Positions 18,592 to 29,629 are shown, numbered from the stretch's first letter. The stretch: 64,000 nucleotides of DNA from Bryobacterales bacterium (GCA_963763835.1 CAVXQQ010000019.1:101841-165840), one strand, 5' to 3'. Translations and numbers: made by a program. Notes: generated by a model not told the origin, from the letters alone.

Positions 18592-18855
18592 TCAGGCGGG
18601 AACGGAGACCGGAACGCTGACTCTTCCCTGAAACGAAGGCCCCTCTTCGGGGATTGCTTCCCCATGGGCCGCCAAGCTCTCCAGGTATAGCTCAATCGCT
18701 TCTTTCACGTTGCGCTCAGTCTCTTCGACGGTCTCCCCCTGGGTGTGACAGCCGGGAAGGGCGGGAACTAACGCTATGTAGCCGCCTTCAGCAGCTTGCT
18801 CGTAGAAGACCGAGTAGGAAAAGGCTTTGGCAGTCTTGCGCTTCATCACCCTCAT
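18592..18855 (-). CDS. hicB: HicB-family antitoxin (UPF0150)
   Basis: FSYSVFYEQAAEGGYIALVPALPGCHTQGETVEETERNVKEAIELYLE. Start at MRVMKRK (18855) inside ORF 18592-19245. There is a 3-nt gap to hicA. Confidence 0.8.
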   Translation of the reverse strand: MRVMKRKTAKAFSYSVFYEQAAEGGYIALVPALPGCHTQGETVEETERNVKEAIELYLESLAAHGEAIPEEGPSFQGRVSVPVSVPA

Positions 18856-18890
18856 TGTAGTGGGTTGGTGGCAGACCGGCAAAGGCGAGT

Positions 18891-19484
18891 CTACTTGGGA
18901 GCGCGTGAGGGCTGGTCGTTCGTTTCGTCGGGCCAATTCTCGGGATGCGGCGGGGGCTTGAACTCGTCCGTGTTGAAGATGCGGAGCGGCTCGCCGGGGC
19001 CCGCCACCTTGAGCACCAGAGCGACCTGAAAGCGCGGCCCCTGGAAATAGGACACCCGAATCCGGTGGATGCCGCTCGCGAGGCGGATGCTGCCGATCCT
19101 CTCCTCGGGCTGATGCTGACGGTCGTTGTCGACCATCAGTTGGTCGTCGAGGTAGAGCCGGGCGCCGTCGTCTGAAGTCAGTACGAAAGTGTACAGGCCG
19201 GGCTTGTCGATCCAGAACCGGCCGGTGTAGTCGATCGCGAACCACTCGAAGCGCTTGGTCACGCCGGGGAATCCGTCATGGAAGTCCTGTGGTGGAATGT
19301 TCAGCGACGACGTGTAGATCGATCCGACCGGCTTCAGCTTTTCAAAGTCGGGCAGCCGTGCCGTGCCCTTGGGGATGTAGTAGATCAGTCCGCGCAAGCC
19401 GCCCGGGATTACGACGGTGGTCCCGAACTTCGGCACGGCTTGCAGGGCCAGCGCCAGGAGGCAGACCAACGCGAATGTTGGCAT
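18891..19484 (-). CDS. secreted PA14-domain protein
   Basis: Signal peptide, then FAIDYTGRFWIDKPGLYTFVLTSDDGARLYLDDQLMVDND...GIHRIRVSYFQ. Confidence 0.75.
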   Translation of the reverse strand: MPTFALVCLLALALQAVPKFGTTVVIPGGLRGLIYYIPKGTARLPDFEKLKPVGSIYTSSLNIPPQDFHDGFPGVTKRFEWFAIDYTGRFWIDKPGLYTFVLTSDDGARLYLDDQLMVDNDRQHQPEERIGSIRLASGIHRIRVSYFQGPRFQVALVLKVAGPGEPLRIFNTDEFKPPPHPENWPDETNDQPSRAPK

Positions 19485-19490
19485 GTGGGG

Positions 19491-19688
19491 CTACCGCGGT
19501 CCCCTGTCCTCCAACATGAGCCGCAGCCGTTTGATCTCTTGTGTGAGCTTGCGCTCGCGGGCGGCCAGCATGACGACGAAGGCGAGCAGGACCAGCCACG
19601 CCGTCAACAGGCCGTAGAAGAGGAACACGAAGTTGTTCTTGTACTGTTCGGGAGTGAACCCGGCGGTCTGAACCAGCATTGCGATCAT
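19491..19688 (-). CDS. ccmD: CcmD-like small membrane protein
   Basis: 65 aa with a single TM helix, immediately after ccmC. Start at MIAMLV (19688). Confidence 0.55.
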   Translation of the reverse strand: MIAMLVQTAGFTPEQYKNNFVFLFYGLLTAWLVLLAFVVMLAARERKLTQEIKRLRLMLEDRGPR

Positions 19689-19701
19689 AGTCACCGTTCC
19701 T

Positions 19702-20380
19702 TTAGAAGGCATGCACTTCGCGGCGCAGGGCGTCGATCTCACGGCCGGTCTGCTCCTGCCGCATGCGGAGAAGCAGCAGCACCACTCCCAGCAACAGGAT
19801 CGGAATCCAGTTAAGGAAAAGCATGTACCAATACTCGGGGCTCAGGAAGCCGCCGCCGTAGACCACCGGCTGCGGATGCTGGGTGCGCCACCACTTGATG
19901 GAGAAGAAGATGATGGGCACGTCGGCGAAGGCGAGGATCGAGACCACGGCGGACATGCGGGCGCGCTCGGTGGGCTCTTCGATGGCGCGGCGCAGCATGA
20001 CGTAGCCGGCATAGATGATCCAGCCCACCAGCATCGAGGTCAGCCGCGCGTCCCAGGTCCACCAGATGCCCCAGATGATGCGGCCCCAGATCATCCCGGT
20101 GAGCAGGTTGGCGGCGCCGAAGGCCAGGCCCACCTCGGTGGCCGCGGCGGCGAACGAATCGTACTTGAAATCCTTGCGCACCAGGAACAGGATGCTGGAG
20201 ACCATCGCGGCGAAGAAGCAGCACGAAGGCCGTCCACGCCACCGGCACGTGGAAGAAGATGATGCGGAAGATGGGGCCCTGCGAGACCTCGTCCGGCAGC
20301 ACCAGCAGAATGATGGCCAGGTTGCCCGCCAGCATCACCGCCGCGAGCCAGGAAAGCACCATGATCGTTTTGTCCCGCAT
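19702..20380 (-). pseudogene. ccmC: heme exporter protein CcmC, one frameshift near 20210 as assembled
   Basis: The N-terminus MRDKTIMVLSWLAAV...FFHVPVAWTAFVLL (frame of ORF 19811-20380) continues in ORF 19702-20205, which carries the WGIWWTWDARLT (WGxxWxWD) motif. Confidence 0.85.
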
Positions 20381-20383
20381 GTC

Positions 20384-21106
20384 TCACCTCACCATGACGG
20401 ATTCGATCAGCGCCAGCGAGAGCGCGCTGAAAATGACATCGAACGCCACCAGCAGCCGCACCCACTGACTGAGCTCGGCCGTGATACGGATCGCCCATCA
20501 CCAGCGGCGCGGTCAACTGCATGGCCGCCAGCAGGCACGGGATCAGGATGGGATAGACCAGCATGGGCAGCATCAGCTCGCGCAGGCGCAGGTTCACGGT
20601 CAGCGCGCTGAAGACCGTGCCGACCACGGTCAGTCCCCAGGTGCCGAGCGCGATGACGCCGGCGAGCGGCCAGAACTGGTGCGTCCAACGTCACGTTGTA
20701 AAGCACGCCGAAGACCGGCAGGCAGACGAACTCCACCGCCGAGAGCAGCAGCGAAGTTGGCGAGCGCTTTGCCGAGGAACAGCGCGGCGCCGGACATGGG
20801 CGCGGCGATCAGCGCGTCGAGGCAGTCGTTGGCCAGCTCGCGCGCGAAGCTGCGGTTGAGGATGAGCGCGCCGGCGAAGGCGAAGACCAGCCACAGCAGG
20901 CCGCCCGAGATCTGCCGCGTCTCGTCCTCGGTGGGCTCGAAGGCGATGCTGAACAGCAGCAGGATGACGAGCGCGAAAGCGAACGAGGCGTTGAGCGCCT
21001 CCTTGGTGCGCAGCTCGGAGCGCAGGTCCTTCCAGGCCACCGTGAACGCCTGGCGGAAAAAGCTCAGGCGTGGCGGCTTCGATGGCGGCCTGGCCGGAGG
21101 GTTCAT
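20384..21106 (-). pseudogene. ccmB: heme exporter protein CcmB, three frameshifts (near 20745, 20690 and 20480) as assembled
   Basis: MNPPARPP...FFRQAFTVAWKDLRSELRTKEALN... / VEFVCLPVFGVLYNVTLD / QFWPLAGVIALGTWGLTVVGTVFSALTVNLRLRELMLPMLVYPIL... / ITAELSQWVRLLVAFDVIFSALSLALIESVMVR lie in different frames. The start overlaps the ccmA stop (ATGA). Confidence 0.8.
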
Positions 21107-21816
21107 GCCGTCACGGACTGGGGCTCGCCGTACTGCCGGTACAGCCATCCCGTATCCTCCAGCATTTCTCCGGTGCGCGCGCCGGTATACGCCAGCCGCC
21201 CGCGCACCAGCAACGCCACGTGCGTCGCCAGCTCGAGCGCCTCGCGCAGTTGATGGGTGGAAAGCACGACGGTGCGGCCTTCGGCGATCGCGTCGCGCAG
21301 CAGCGTTTGGAGCAGCGCGATGGCGCGGTCGTCCAGGGCCGTGAAAGGCTCGTCGAGCAGCAGCACCGAAGGCGAGTGCAGGAACGCGCGGGCGACGGCC
21401 AGGCGCTGGCGCATGCCGCGCGAGAACTCGCGCACCAGGCCGTCCCGAACCTTCTCGAGGCCGGTGCGCTCCAGCCACTCCGAAGCCGCGCCGTCCGGGT
21501 TCTCAACGCCGTAGAGGCGCGCGAAGAGGCGCAGGTTCTCGACGGCGGAGAGCTCCTCGTAAAGCGAAATGCCGTGGCCCAGGATGCCGATCGAGTGGCG
21601 CGTCGCGCGGTCGCGCGCGTCGGTGCCGCAGATCCGTATGCTGCCGCGTCCGGGGCGCGAAAGGCCGGCCAGCATGCGCAGCAGCGTGGTCTTGCCCGCG
21701 CCGTTGCGGCCGAGCAGCGCCATCGAGGCGCCGGGCTCGACGTCGAAGCTGATGTCGCGCAGGGCAGGGAAATCGCCGTAGAACTTCCAGACGCCCGCGA
21801 TCTCCACTGGCTTCAT
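21103..21816 (-). CDS. ccmA: heme ABC exporter ATP-binding protein CcmA
   Basis: Walker A GRNGAGKTT, signature FSRGMRQR and Walker B LLLDEP, positioned directly upstream of ccmB. Confidence 0.9.
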   Translation of the reverse strand: MKPVEIAGVWKFYGDFPALRDISFDVEPGASMALLGRNGAGKTTLLRMLAGLSRPGRGSIRICGTDARDRATRHSIGILGHGISLYEELSAVENLRLFARLYGVENPDGAASEWLERTGLEKVRDGLVREFSRGMRQRLAVARAFLHSPSVLLLDEPFTALDDRAIALLQTLLRDAIAEGRTVVLSTHQLREALELATHVALLVRGRLAYTGARTGEMLEDTGWLYRQYGEPQSVTA

Positions 21817-22850
21817 GCGCCGCTCTTGCCCTTGGCGGGCGCGGCTTGTCCGGCCGCCTGGCCCTTGCGGTACAGCAGCACGAAACCGAGCGCGAGCGCG
21901 GCGAGCGCGATAGCGAGAATCGTCACGCGGCGGTCTTCAAAGCCGGGTGGCAGAATGGTGCGGAGCGTAGCGCCGGAATCGTCCGTATCGTCCGCGGGGC
22001 CGGCAGCGCCGCCGCCCGCGCCCGCGTTCTGGGCGCCTTGTAGAGAGCCGGTCCCTTGCACGGTGACCTCGAATGCAGGCGCCGTGGTCTCGTACAGGTT
22101 GGCCTGCGTCTGCGGCTCCGTGCCCAGCGAGTTCAGGCCTTCGCCCTGGAGCGTGACGCCCGAAGGCACCACCAGGCGCGTGGGCGCTCCCTGGTAATAA
22201 ACCTGGCTCGCAAACTTGCCGGGGTCGGTGGCCGGCATCGTGTAGTTGATGTCGACCCGCGTCTCGCCCGGTTTAACCGGGAAGGAAATCGTGTAGGTGC
22301 CCTTCGCTTTGCTCGCGGTGGGCGCCTGCTCGAGCGGCATGCCGCGCGGCTCGGTCGCGTTCACCTTGATGCTGTCCTTGGCGGCCGCGGGCGGAACGAA
22401 GAAGCGCAGCGTGCCGTTGGGATCGTCGTAGGTCGTCTTGCCCGCGTTGTTGAAGAAGTAGGTCTCGGTGACGCCGAGCTGCTGGCCGCTGGGTTCGAGG
22501 AAGATGATGTGCTGCGAGACGGGCGCCGCGGCGGGGTCCTTCGTGGAATCGTAGACGTCGAGTTGCAGACCGGTGGAGGGCCGTCCCGGCGGCACCATGG
22601 TGTTGTAGGTGATTCCGCCGTGCTGCACCTCGATCAGGTGCGGTCCCATTTCGAGCGTCTTGTCGATGGAGAAGTGGCCGTTGGCGTCGGATTTCGCGCT
22701 GTCGAGGAGCTCGGGGCCGTTCTGGCTGAGGTTGAAGACGCTGACATCGGCGCCGGGCTCGGGCCGGCCCGTGGTCTGGTTGACGACGGTGCCGTCGACG
22801 GCGGCGAACATCGTCGCGGCGGCGGCAAACAGCAGGACGATGGACTTCAC
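21813..22850 (-). CDS. exported protein with an N-terminal carboxypeptidase-regulatory-like domain and a C-terminal TM anchor, embedded in the ccm operon
   Basis: VDGTVVNQTTGRPEPGADVSVFNL...DANGHFSI, then a C-terminal RRVTILAIALAALALGFVLLY. GTG start at 22850 proposed because the upstream codons of ORF 21813-23051 are encoded by repeat C. Confidence 0.6.
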   Translation of the reverse strand: MKSIVLLFAAAATMFAAVDGTVVNQTTGRPEPGADVSVFNLSQNGPELLDSAKSDANGHFSIDKTLEMGPHLIEVQHGGITYNTMVPPGRPSTGLQLDVYDSTKDPAAAPVSQHIIFLEPSGQQLGVTETYFFNNAGKTTYDDPNGTLRFFVPPAAAKDSIKVNATEPRGMPLEQAPTASKAKGTYTISFPVKPGETRVDINYTMPATDPGKFASQVYYQGAPTRLVVPSGVTLQGEGLNSLGTEPQTQANLYETTAPAFEVTVQGTGSLQGAQNAGAGGGAAGPADDTDDSGATLRTILPPGFEDRRVTILAIALAALALGFVLLYRKGQAAGQAAPAKGKSGA

Positions 22851-22851
22851 C

Positions 22852-22944
22852 GTGGCGCGGGCTTCAGCCTGCCGCGCCGGCTTTCGAGCCGGCGCTTGGG
22901 TCTCGGCACGAGTGCCGAGACGGCAGCCTGAGAGGCTGCGCCAC
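22852..22944. repeat. family C palindromic element
   Basis: GTGGCGCGGGCTTCAGCCTGCCG-GCCGGCTTTCGAGCCGGC-GTCTCGGCACGAGTGCCGAGAC-CGGCAGCCTGAGAGGCTGCGCCAC. Confidence 0.75.
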
Positions 22945-22972
22945 GCCCAACAAGTGGTTGCTCTCAGGGACT

Positions 22973-23404
22973 TCATTTCGCGGCCTCCACGGGGATCGGT
23001 TTGCCGCACTCGCCGCAGAACTTCATGGGATTCGGGAAGTGAGCGCCGCAATGGGGGCAGAGCACCGCTCCCTCTCGGTCGCGGCTCGGTGCTGGGGGTG
23101 CGGGGGGCACGGGTACGGATGCGGGCGCCGGCGCCACCACCCCTTGAACTTTATCGATCTCGGCCAGAACGGCGGCGAGGTGGCGCTGCAGGTCCGTCTT
23201 GGTCCGGGCGTAGTCGTGTTCGGACAGTTTCCCGACACGGTACTCGAACTGCAGGTCGCGCAGGTTTTCGTAAATGGTCGCCTTGCGCTCCTCCAGGTGT
23301 TTGACAGGCGAGACAGGCTCGGGCTCGGGCAGGTCCTTGGGGCGCACGGTCAGCGTGAACACAAGTACGCCTATGACTAGGACGGCGGCAACAAAAATCA
23401 TCAT
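22973..23404 (-). CDS. membrane-anchored protein: CcmI-N-terminal-like segment fused to a C-terminal zinc ribbon
   Basis: N-terminal TM helix. RKATIYENLRDLQFEYRVGKLSEHDYARTKTDL resembles the cytoplasmic segment of CcmI/CycH. The C-terminus has CPHCGAHF...FCGECG. Confidence 0.5.
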   Translation of the reverse strand: MMIFVAAVLVIGVLVFTLTVRPKDLPEPEPVSPVKHLEERKATIYENLRDLQFEYRVGKLSEHDYARTKTDLQRHLAAVLAEIDKVQGVVAPAPASVPVPPAPPAPSRDREGAVLCPHCGAHFPNPMKFCGECGKPIPVEAAK

Positions 23405-23857
23405 CTATCCAGTTTTTCCAGGTCCTTCTCGATTTGCGCCTGGTAGCTGGCGAACGCGGCGTCATCGATCTCCGGACCGCCGGCCACGGCCAGCGGCTTG
23501 CGGAAACGCTTGATGACGAACCAGACGAACGCCAGGCCGAGCGCGATGCCGATGAACGGCACGACGTAGCCCAGCAGGTTGAATCCCTGCGCGGGCGGCT
23601 TGGCCAGAATCTCGACCCCGTTCTCTTGGACAAACGTGGCCAGGATGGCGGAATCGGACTCGCCCGCGTTCACCATCGCCAGCAATCTCTCGCGCGCCGG
23701 CTTGGAATGCGAGCAACCCAGCATGTTACAAGAGGTGACGGTAGCGCCGCACCCGCACAGGCACATGAGCTGGTCGCCCAGCCGGCGCACGTGCGGGTTG
23801 GCCAACGGGTTCGGGGCCTGGGCCAGGCAGAGACTGGCCAGCGCCAGAACCAGGAGA

Positions 23858-23877
<20 letters not shown>
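23401..23877 (-). CDS. ccmH: cytochrome c-type biogenesis protein CcmH/NrfF-like
   Basis: Signal peptide, Cys cluster LMCLCGCGATVTSC, NAGESDSAILATFVQENGVEILAKPP and a C-terminal TM helix. Confidence 0.75.
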
Positions 23878-25877
<2,000 letters not shown>

Positions 25878-25886
25878 AAGCAGTGC

Positions 25887-26321
25887 CTAAACTCCGGCCT
25901 TTCTGATGGGAATGTTCTCCGGATGCGCCTGCCCCGGCTGCGTCTCGTATTTCGAGGCGCACTTGGCCTGCACCTGGCTGGCCCGGAAAACGCTGTCCGC
26001 GCCGAGACGGCCGTCGGCCAGCGCCTGGGCCCCGTCCTTCAGCGTGTCGGGCAGCGGCGCCGTGCCGTCGTAGACGATTTGGATAGTCTGCTTGTCCTGG
26101 CGCAGGACGAACGAAACCTGGCGGCCTTTGCGAATGATCGAGCCGGGTTCAACGTCCCCGCCGACCCGCAGCCGTTTGCCCAGGGCATGCGAGCCCATCT
26201 GCTGAATCTCGGCGACGGTCTTGTAGTAGGTCTTGTCCTCGTTGATGCCGCCGACGGCCAGCCACACCAGCGCTCCGACCACGACCGCGACGAGCGCAGC
26301 GAATTTCCAGTAGGTTTTCAT
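25887..26321 (-). CDS. ccmE: cytochrome c maturation heme chaperone CcmE, CxxxY variant
   Basis: TM anchor plus an OB-fold-like body. The C-terminal VQAKCASKYE has Cys where the canonical HxxxY His sits. Start at the ATG at 26321, preceded by GAGGG. Confidence 0.85.
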   Translation of the reverse strand: MKTYWKFAALVAVVVGALVWLAVGGINEDKTYYKTVAEIQQMGSHALGKRLRVGGDVEPGSIIRKGRQVSFVLRQDKQTIQIVYDGTAPLPDTLKDGAQALADGRLGADSVFRASQVQAKCASKYETQPGQAHPENIPIRKAGV

Positions 26322-26401
26322 ACCAGCCCTCACTTACTTTTGAGTATACAAGTCCTGCCTGTTGGATGCGGACACCGCCATTGCGGACCCCATATTGCAG
26401 C

Positions 26402-27075
26402 CTACCGCGGCCCGAGGTACAGGACGTGGACGTAGGTGCCCAGCCTGACGTTGTAGGCCAGGTAGTAGCCGGGGTGGTCCGGGTCGTCATAGAGGACGAT
26501 GTCGTCCGAGTCCCAGTTCCAGCCGTCACAGTAGCCGAAATCAGCCGGCGCCACGGAGAAGAAGAAGCCGCCGAACCAGAAGCGCGACGGACCGCCTCCG
26601 CCCAGGTGGAAGGTGTGGCGAGGGCCGAAGCCGCCGCGAAAACGGCCGTGCTCCCAGGGATGGTCGACGTGATAGCGGGCATCGCCACGTCCGCTATCGT
26701 GCCCAACCCACCTGTTGTTATCGACATGCGGGGCGTTGGGATGTCCTGGTTGGTCGTTAAAGTGGCGATCCTCAGGGTGGCCGGCGTTTGCATGTGTTTG
26801 TTGGTCATGGCGGTCTTCCGGGCGCGCGGCGTCCGCATGTCCTGGTTGGTCATGGCGATCCTCGGGCGGCCGCCATTCCCATGTGCTTGTTGGTCATGGC
26901 GGTCTTCCGGGCGCGGGGCGGCGGGCGGAGCGTTGTGGGTTGGTTTGGGACCGTGTGACGGCGCGCGGCCGGGCTTGTAACCACCGTGAGACTCCTCGTG
27001 GCCCTTTTCCTGGGCGAATGCAGCGCCACAGGTGGTAAGAGCCAGCACGACGACAAAACACACTGCATACTTCAT
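26402..27075 (-). pseudogene. secreted His/Asp-rich repeat protein, one frameshift inside its 45-bp repeats as assembled
   Basis: The signal peptide MKYAVCFVVVLALTTCGAAFA and the first [15 protein letters not shown] unit are in one frame. The remaining units and the tail ...[56 protein letters not shown] are in another. ORF-track 26149-27357 is a read-through artefact. Confidence 0.6.
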
Positions 27076-27309
27076 AGCATCCCCCTTTGCCGCTGAGGTG
27101 CGGAGCAACTCAGCTGCCAACTCGCGGACCGCGAAGTTCTGCTGACCGGCATTGCGTCTATGAGCAGGCCCCACAAGCACTTGCGGCCAAATGGCGCGGG
27201 CGCGTCGTGGCCCAATCTTAGTTAACCTTAAGCAAACAACGCGGGCGCGATTTACCGGCTCAGGGAGTTTCGTCCTAGTGGTGGATGGTGGCCCTTCGGG
27301 GGCCTCGCT

Positions 27310-27645
27310 ATCCTCATCAGAATGCGGGGGTTGTGCGTTGTTGGGTTCATCATGCAATTTTTGATTTTCGAGCGGGGCGTCCAGGAGTTTCAGGGTGCGG
27401 CGGAACTCGGCGTTGAGGCGGGTCTCGTGGCGGTTGTTGATGTTAGATGGGATCGGCGGGGCTTCGCCGCCGTCCGTATCCTCATCAGGACGCGAGGGTT
27501 GTGCGTCACTGGGTTCATGGTTAAATTTTCGATTTTGGAGCGGGGCGTCGAGGCGTTTCAGGGTGCGGCGGAGGTCGGCGCTGAGGGAGGGGCGAGTGGC
27601 GGGGGACCGGGCGCGTCCCTCTGGGGTGACGGGTCCGTGGGATTT
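27310..27645. repeat. 168-bp tandem duplication (two diverged copies)
   Basis: ATCCTCATCAG(A/G)A(T/C)GCG(G/A)GGGTTGTGCGT...GATTTT(C/G)GAGCGGGGCGTC(C/G)AGG(A/C)GTTTCAGGGTGCGGCGGA begins at both 27310 and 27478. Confidence 0.8.
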
Positions 27646-27807
27646 GGTTGGCGCGGGAGGAATCGATGTGTTGTTGGGAAGACATGGGGGCTCCTGGGGA
27701 CGGGGTTCGCGGCACCGGGATTAGCGGCGTGCCCGAGGGGAGGGTAACGCGAGGTGGGGCGAGGGACGGGGCCCTGATTTTCCCAGCAGACTGAAAAGGG
27801 GGGAGAT

Positions 27808-28605
27808 TCAGTTGGGGAAGTGGTGGTGACTGCGGGTCAGGTCAACTACCCGCACCTCGACGTCGCGGTCGCGGAGGCGGTGGAGGATCTTTCCGGTCCC
27901 GTCGACGACGAGGCTGGCGCCCCCGTAGGTCCAGCCTTTCCAGGGGCCATGGCTCATGACGCCGACAAGGTCCGTCCCGACAAACGGGCACTTCAGCAGG
28001 GCCGCTCGGCGGGTGACCAGGTCCTCGAGGCTTTGAGCGTGGCCCGGCCACTTCTCCGGCTCGGCGGCCCAGCCGTAGGGGACCAGCAGGAGATCGGGCT
28101 TGAGCCGCTTGATGCGGTCGAGGTACGCGTCGGTGAAGGTGTCGGCGCAGATCAGGACGCCGATGCGGCCGTACTCGGTCTCGACCACGCCGATGTCCTC
28201 GGCCTTGCCGGTGGAGTAGGGCGGGTCCATCAGCTCGGGGAGCACGTTCAGCTTGCGGTGCTTGGAGAGGAGCCGGCCGGTCTTGTCGATCAGGATGGCG
28301 GAATCGTAAAGGCGGCCGCCGTCCTTCTCGTCGAGGCCGATGGCGATCATGATGCGGTACTTGCGCGCGAGGGCGGCGATGCGGTCGCTATCGGCGCCAG
28401 GGATGGGCGTGGCGAGGCGGTGCGCGTCGGGATTCTCCCAGCCGAGGATGGCGGATTCGGGGAACGCTGCGATCTGGGCGCCGCCGGCTTGGGCCTGATC
28501 GAGAGCGTATTCGATGCGGCGGAAATTGCCTTCGCGGTCGCCGTCGATGACCAGGATCTGGCACACGGCGATGCGAAGGGATAGAGCCAGGAGCGGGAGC
28601 AGCAT
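27808..28605 (-). CDS. carbon-nitrogen hydrolase (nitrilase superfamily)
   Basis: The Glu-Lys-Cys triad contexts FPES, HRKL and VLICAD are all present. Confidence 0.85.
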   Translation of the reverse strand: MLLPLLALSLRIAVCQILVIDGDREGNFRRIEYALDQAQAGGAQIAAFPESAILGWENPDAHRLATPIPGADSDRIAALARKYRIMIAIGLDEKDGGRLYDSAILIDKTGRLLSKHRKLNVLPELMDPPYSTGKAEDIGVVETEYGRIGVLICADTFTDAYLDRIKRLKPDLLLVPYGWAAEPEKWPGHAQSLEDLVTRRAALLKCPFVGTDLVGVMSHGPWKGWTYGGASLVVDGTGKILHRLRDRDVEVRVVDLTRSHHHFPN

Positions 28606-28646
28606 GAATCTACTTTACTGGCTGGGGAACCCGGCGGGGACGGGCG

Positions 28647-29243
28647 GTGTCCAATGAGCCGATGCCCCGGATTCGGCTGAGGTACTGGCTGCCGGTCGCC
28701 AACCTGGCGATTGATGCGGCGTTGCTGGGGATGCTGGCGTGGACGGTTCACGGACGGGTCTCGCGGCAGGCGCCGAGGGGCTCGATCCGGCCGGTTGCGT
28801 TCCTGCAGGAGGGGCAGGCGGCGGTTGGGTGGGACGTTGTCAGCCACTGTGCGCCGGCGCCTCCGGTCCTGGCGATCATGATCGGCACGCTCCAGGCCAG
28901 CCTAGTCCGTGGGTGGGTTGCGCCGAGAACGGCGGGGTGGCCCGGGTTCAACCCTCGGTGGTTCTGCCTTCATGGGGGCCTTGCCGCCGTGGTCTGGTTC
29001 GGGATCGGGTGGCTGGCCGAATCGCCACCGCCTCGAAAATGGGTGCTCGGCTACCTCATGCTCCGTGTCGTGAGCGTCCCGGGCTCCTCGAGTAGCGAAG
29101 CCCTGGGATTCTGTGCAGTTGCGATGCTCCTGGCCTGGGTTGCCGCGGGGGTCTGGCTACTCGGTTGGGGGCTGAGGTCCGGCGTTCACCTGCTACGCGG
29201 CACAAGATTAAATTGGCGAATGAGTATACTGTCCCGAATTTAA
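28647..29243 (+). CDS. hypothetical multi-pass membrane protein
   Basis: 198-aa ORF with four or five hydrophobic segments. No family recognised. Confidence 0.5.
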   Translation: MSNEPMPRIRLRYWLPVANLAIDAALLGMLAWTVHGRVSRQAPRGSIRPVAFLQEGQAAVGWDVVSHCAPAPPVLAIMIGTLQASLVRGWVAPRTAGWPGFNPRWFCLHGGLAAVVWFGIGWLAESPPPRKWVLGYLMLRVVSVPGSSSSEALGFCAVAMLLAWVAAGVWLLGWGLRSGVHLLRGTRLNWRMSILSRI

Positions 29244-29249
29244 TGTTTC

Positions 29250-29578
29250 TCACTCCTTCCGGAGGGCGATGACGGGGTCGATGGTGGCGATCCGGCGGGC
29301 GGGCAGCCATCTCGCCACCAGCGACGCTGCCAGCAGGATAGCCGCGACGGCTCCGAGAATGGCCGGGTCGCCCGGCTGTACCTGGGAGAGAAGCCCGGCC
29401 ATGGCGCGGCCGAGCAGGTACGCACCAGCCAGGCCGGGCACAAGGCCAGCGGCGCACATCCGCAATCCGCCCGCCATCACCGTGCGCACGATGCCGCCCG
29501 GCGTTGCGCCCAGAGCCATCCTGACCGCCATCTCGGGTGTCCGCTGAATCACCGCATAGGAGACCACCCCGGCGACGC
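29250..29578 (-). pseudogene. 3' remnant of a MacB/FtsX-type ABC permease gene
   Basis: GVAGVVSYAVIQRTPEMAVRMALGATPGGIVRTV...IATIDPVIALRKE matches only the last ~105 aa of FtsX-domain permeases. The upstream frame has no matching sequence. Confidence 0.7.
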
Positions 29579-29629
29579 CGACCGAATGAGCCCCTGTCCC
29601 CGGTTTCCGAGCGCTACAATAACGTCGAT

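Noticed and set aside
18361-18855. hicBA as a novel system
   Set aside because: This is a standard, well-known type II toxin-antitoxin pair. It is reported as a feature only.
26149-27357. 402-aa ORF spanning the ccmE upstream region, the His-rich gene and part of the 168-bp duplication
   Set aside because: This is a read-through in a stop-free frame. Only its segment from MKYAVC (27075) has a signal peptide and SD motif. After the first repeat unit, the biologically sensible sequence continues in another frame to a stop at 26402.
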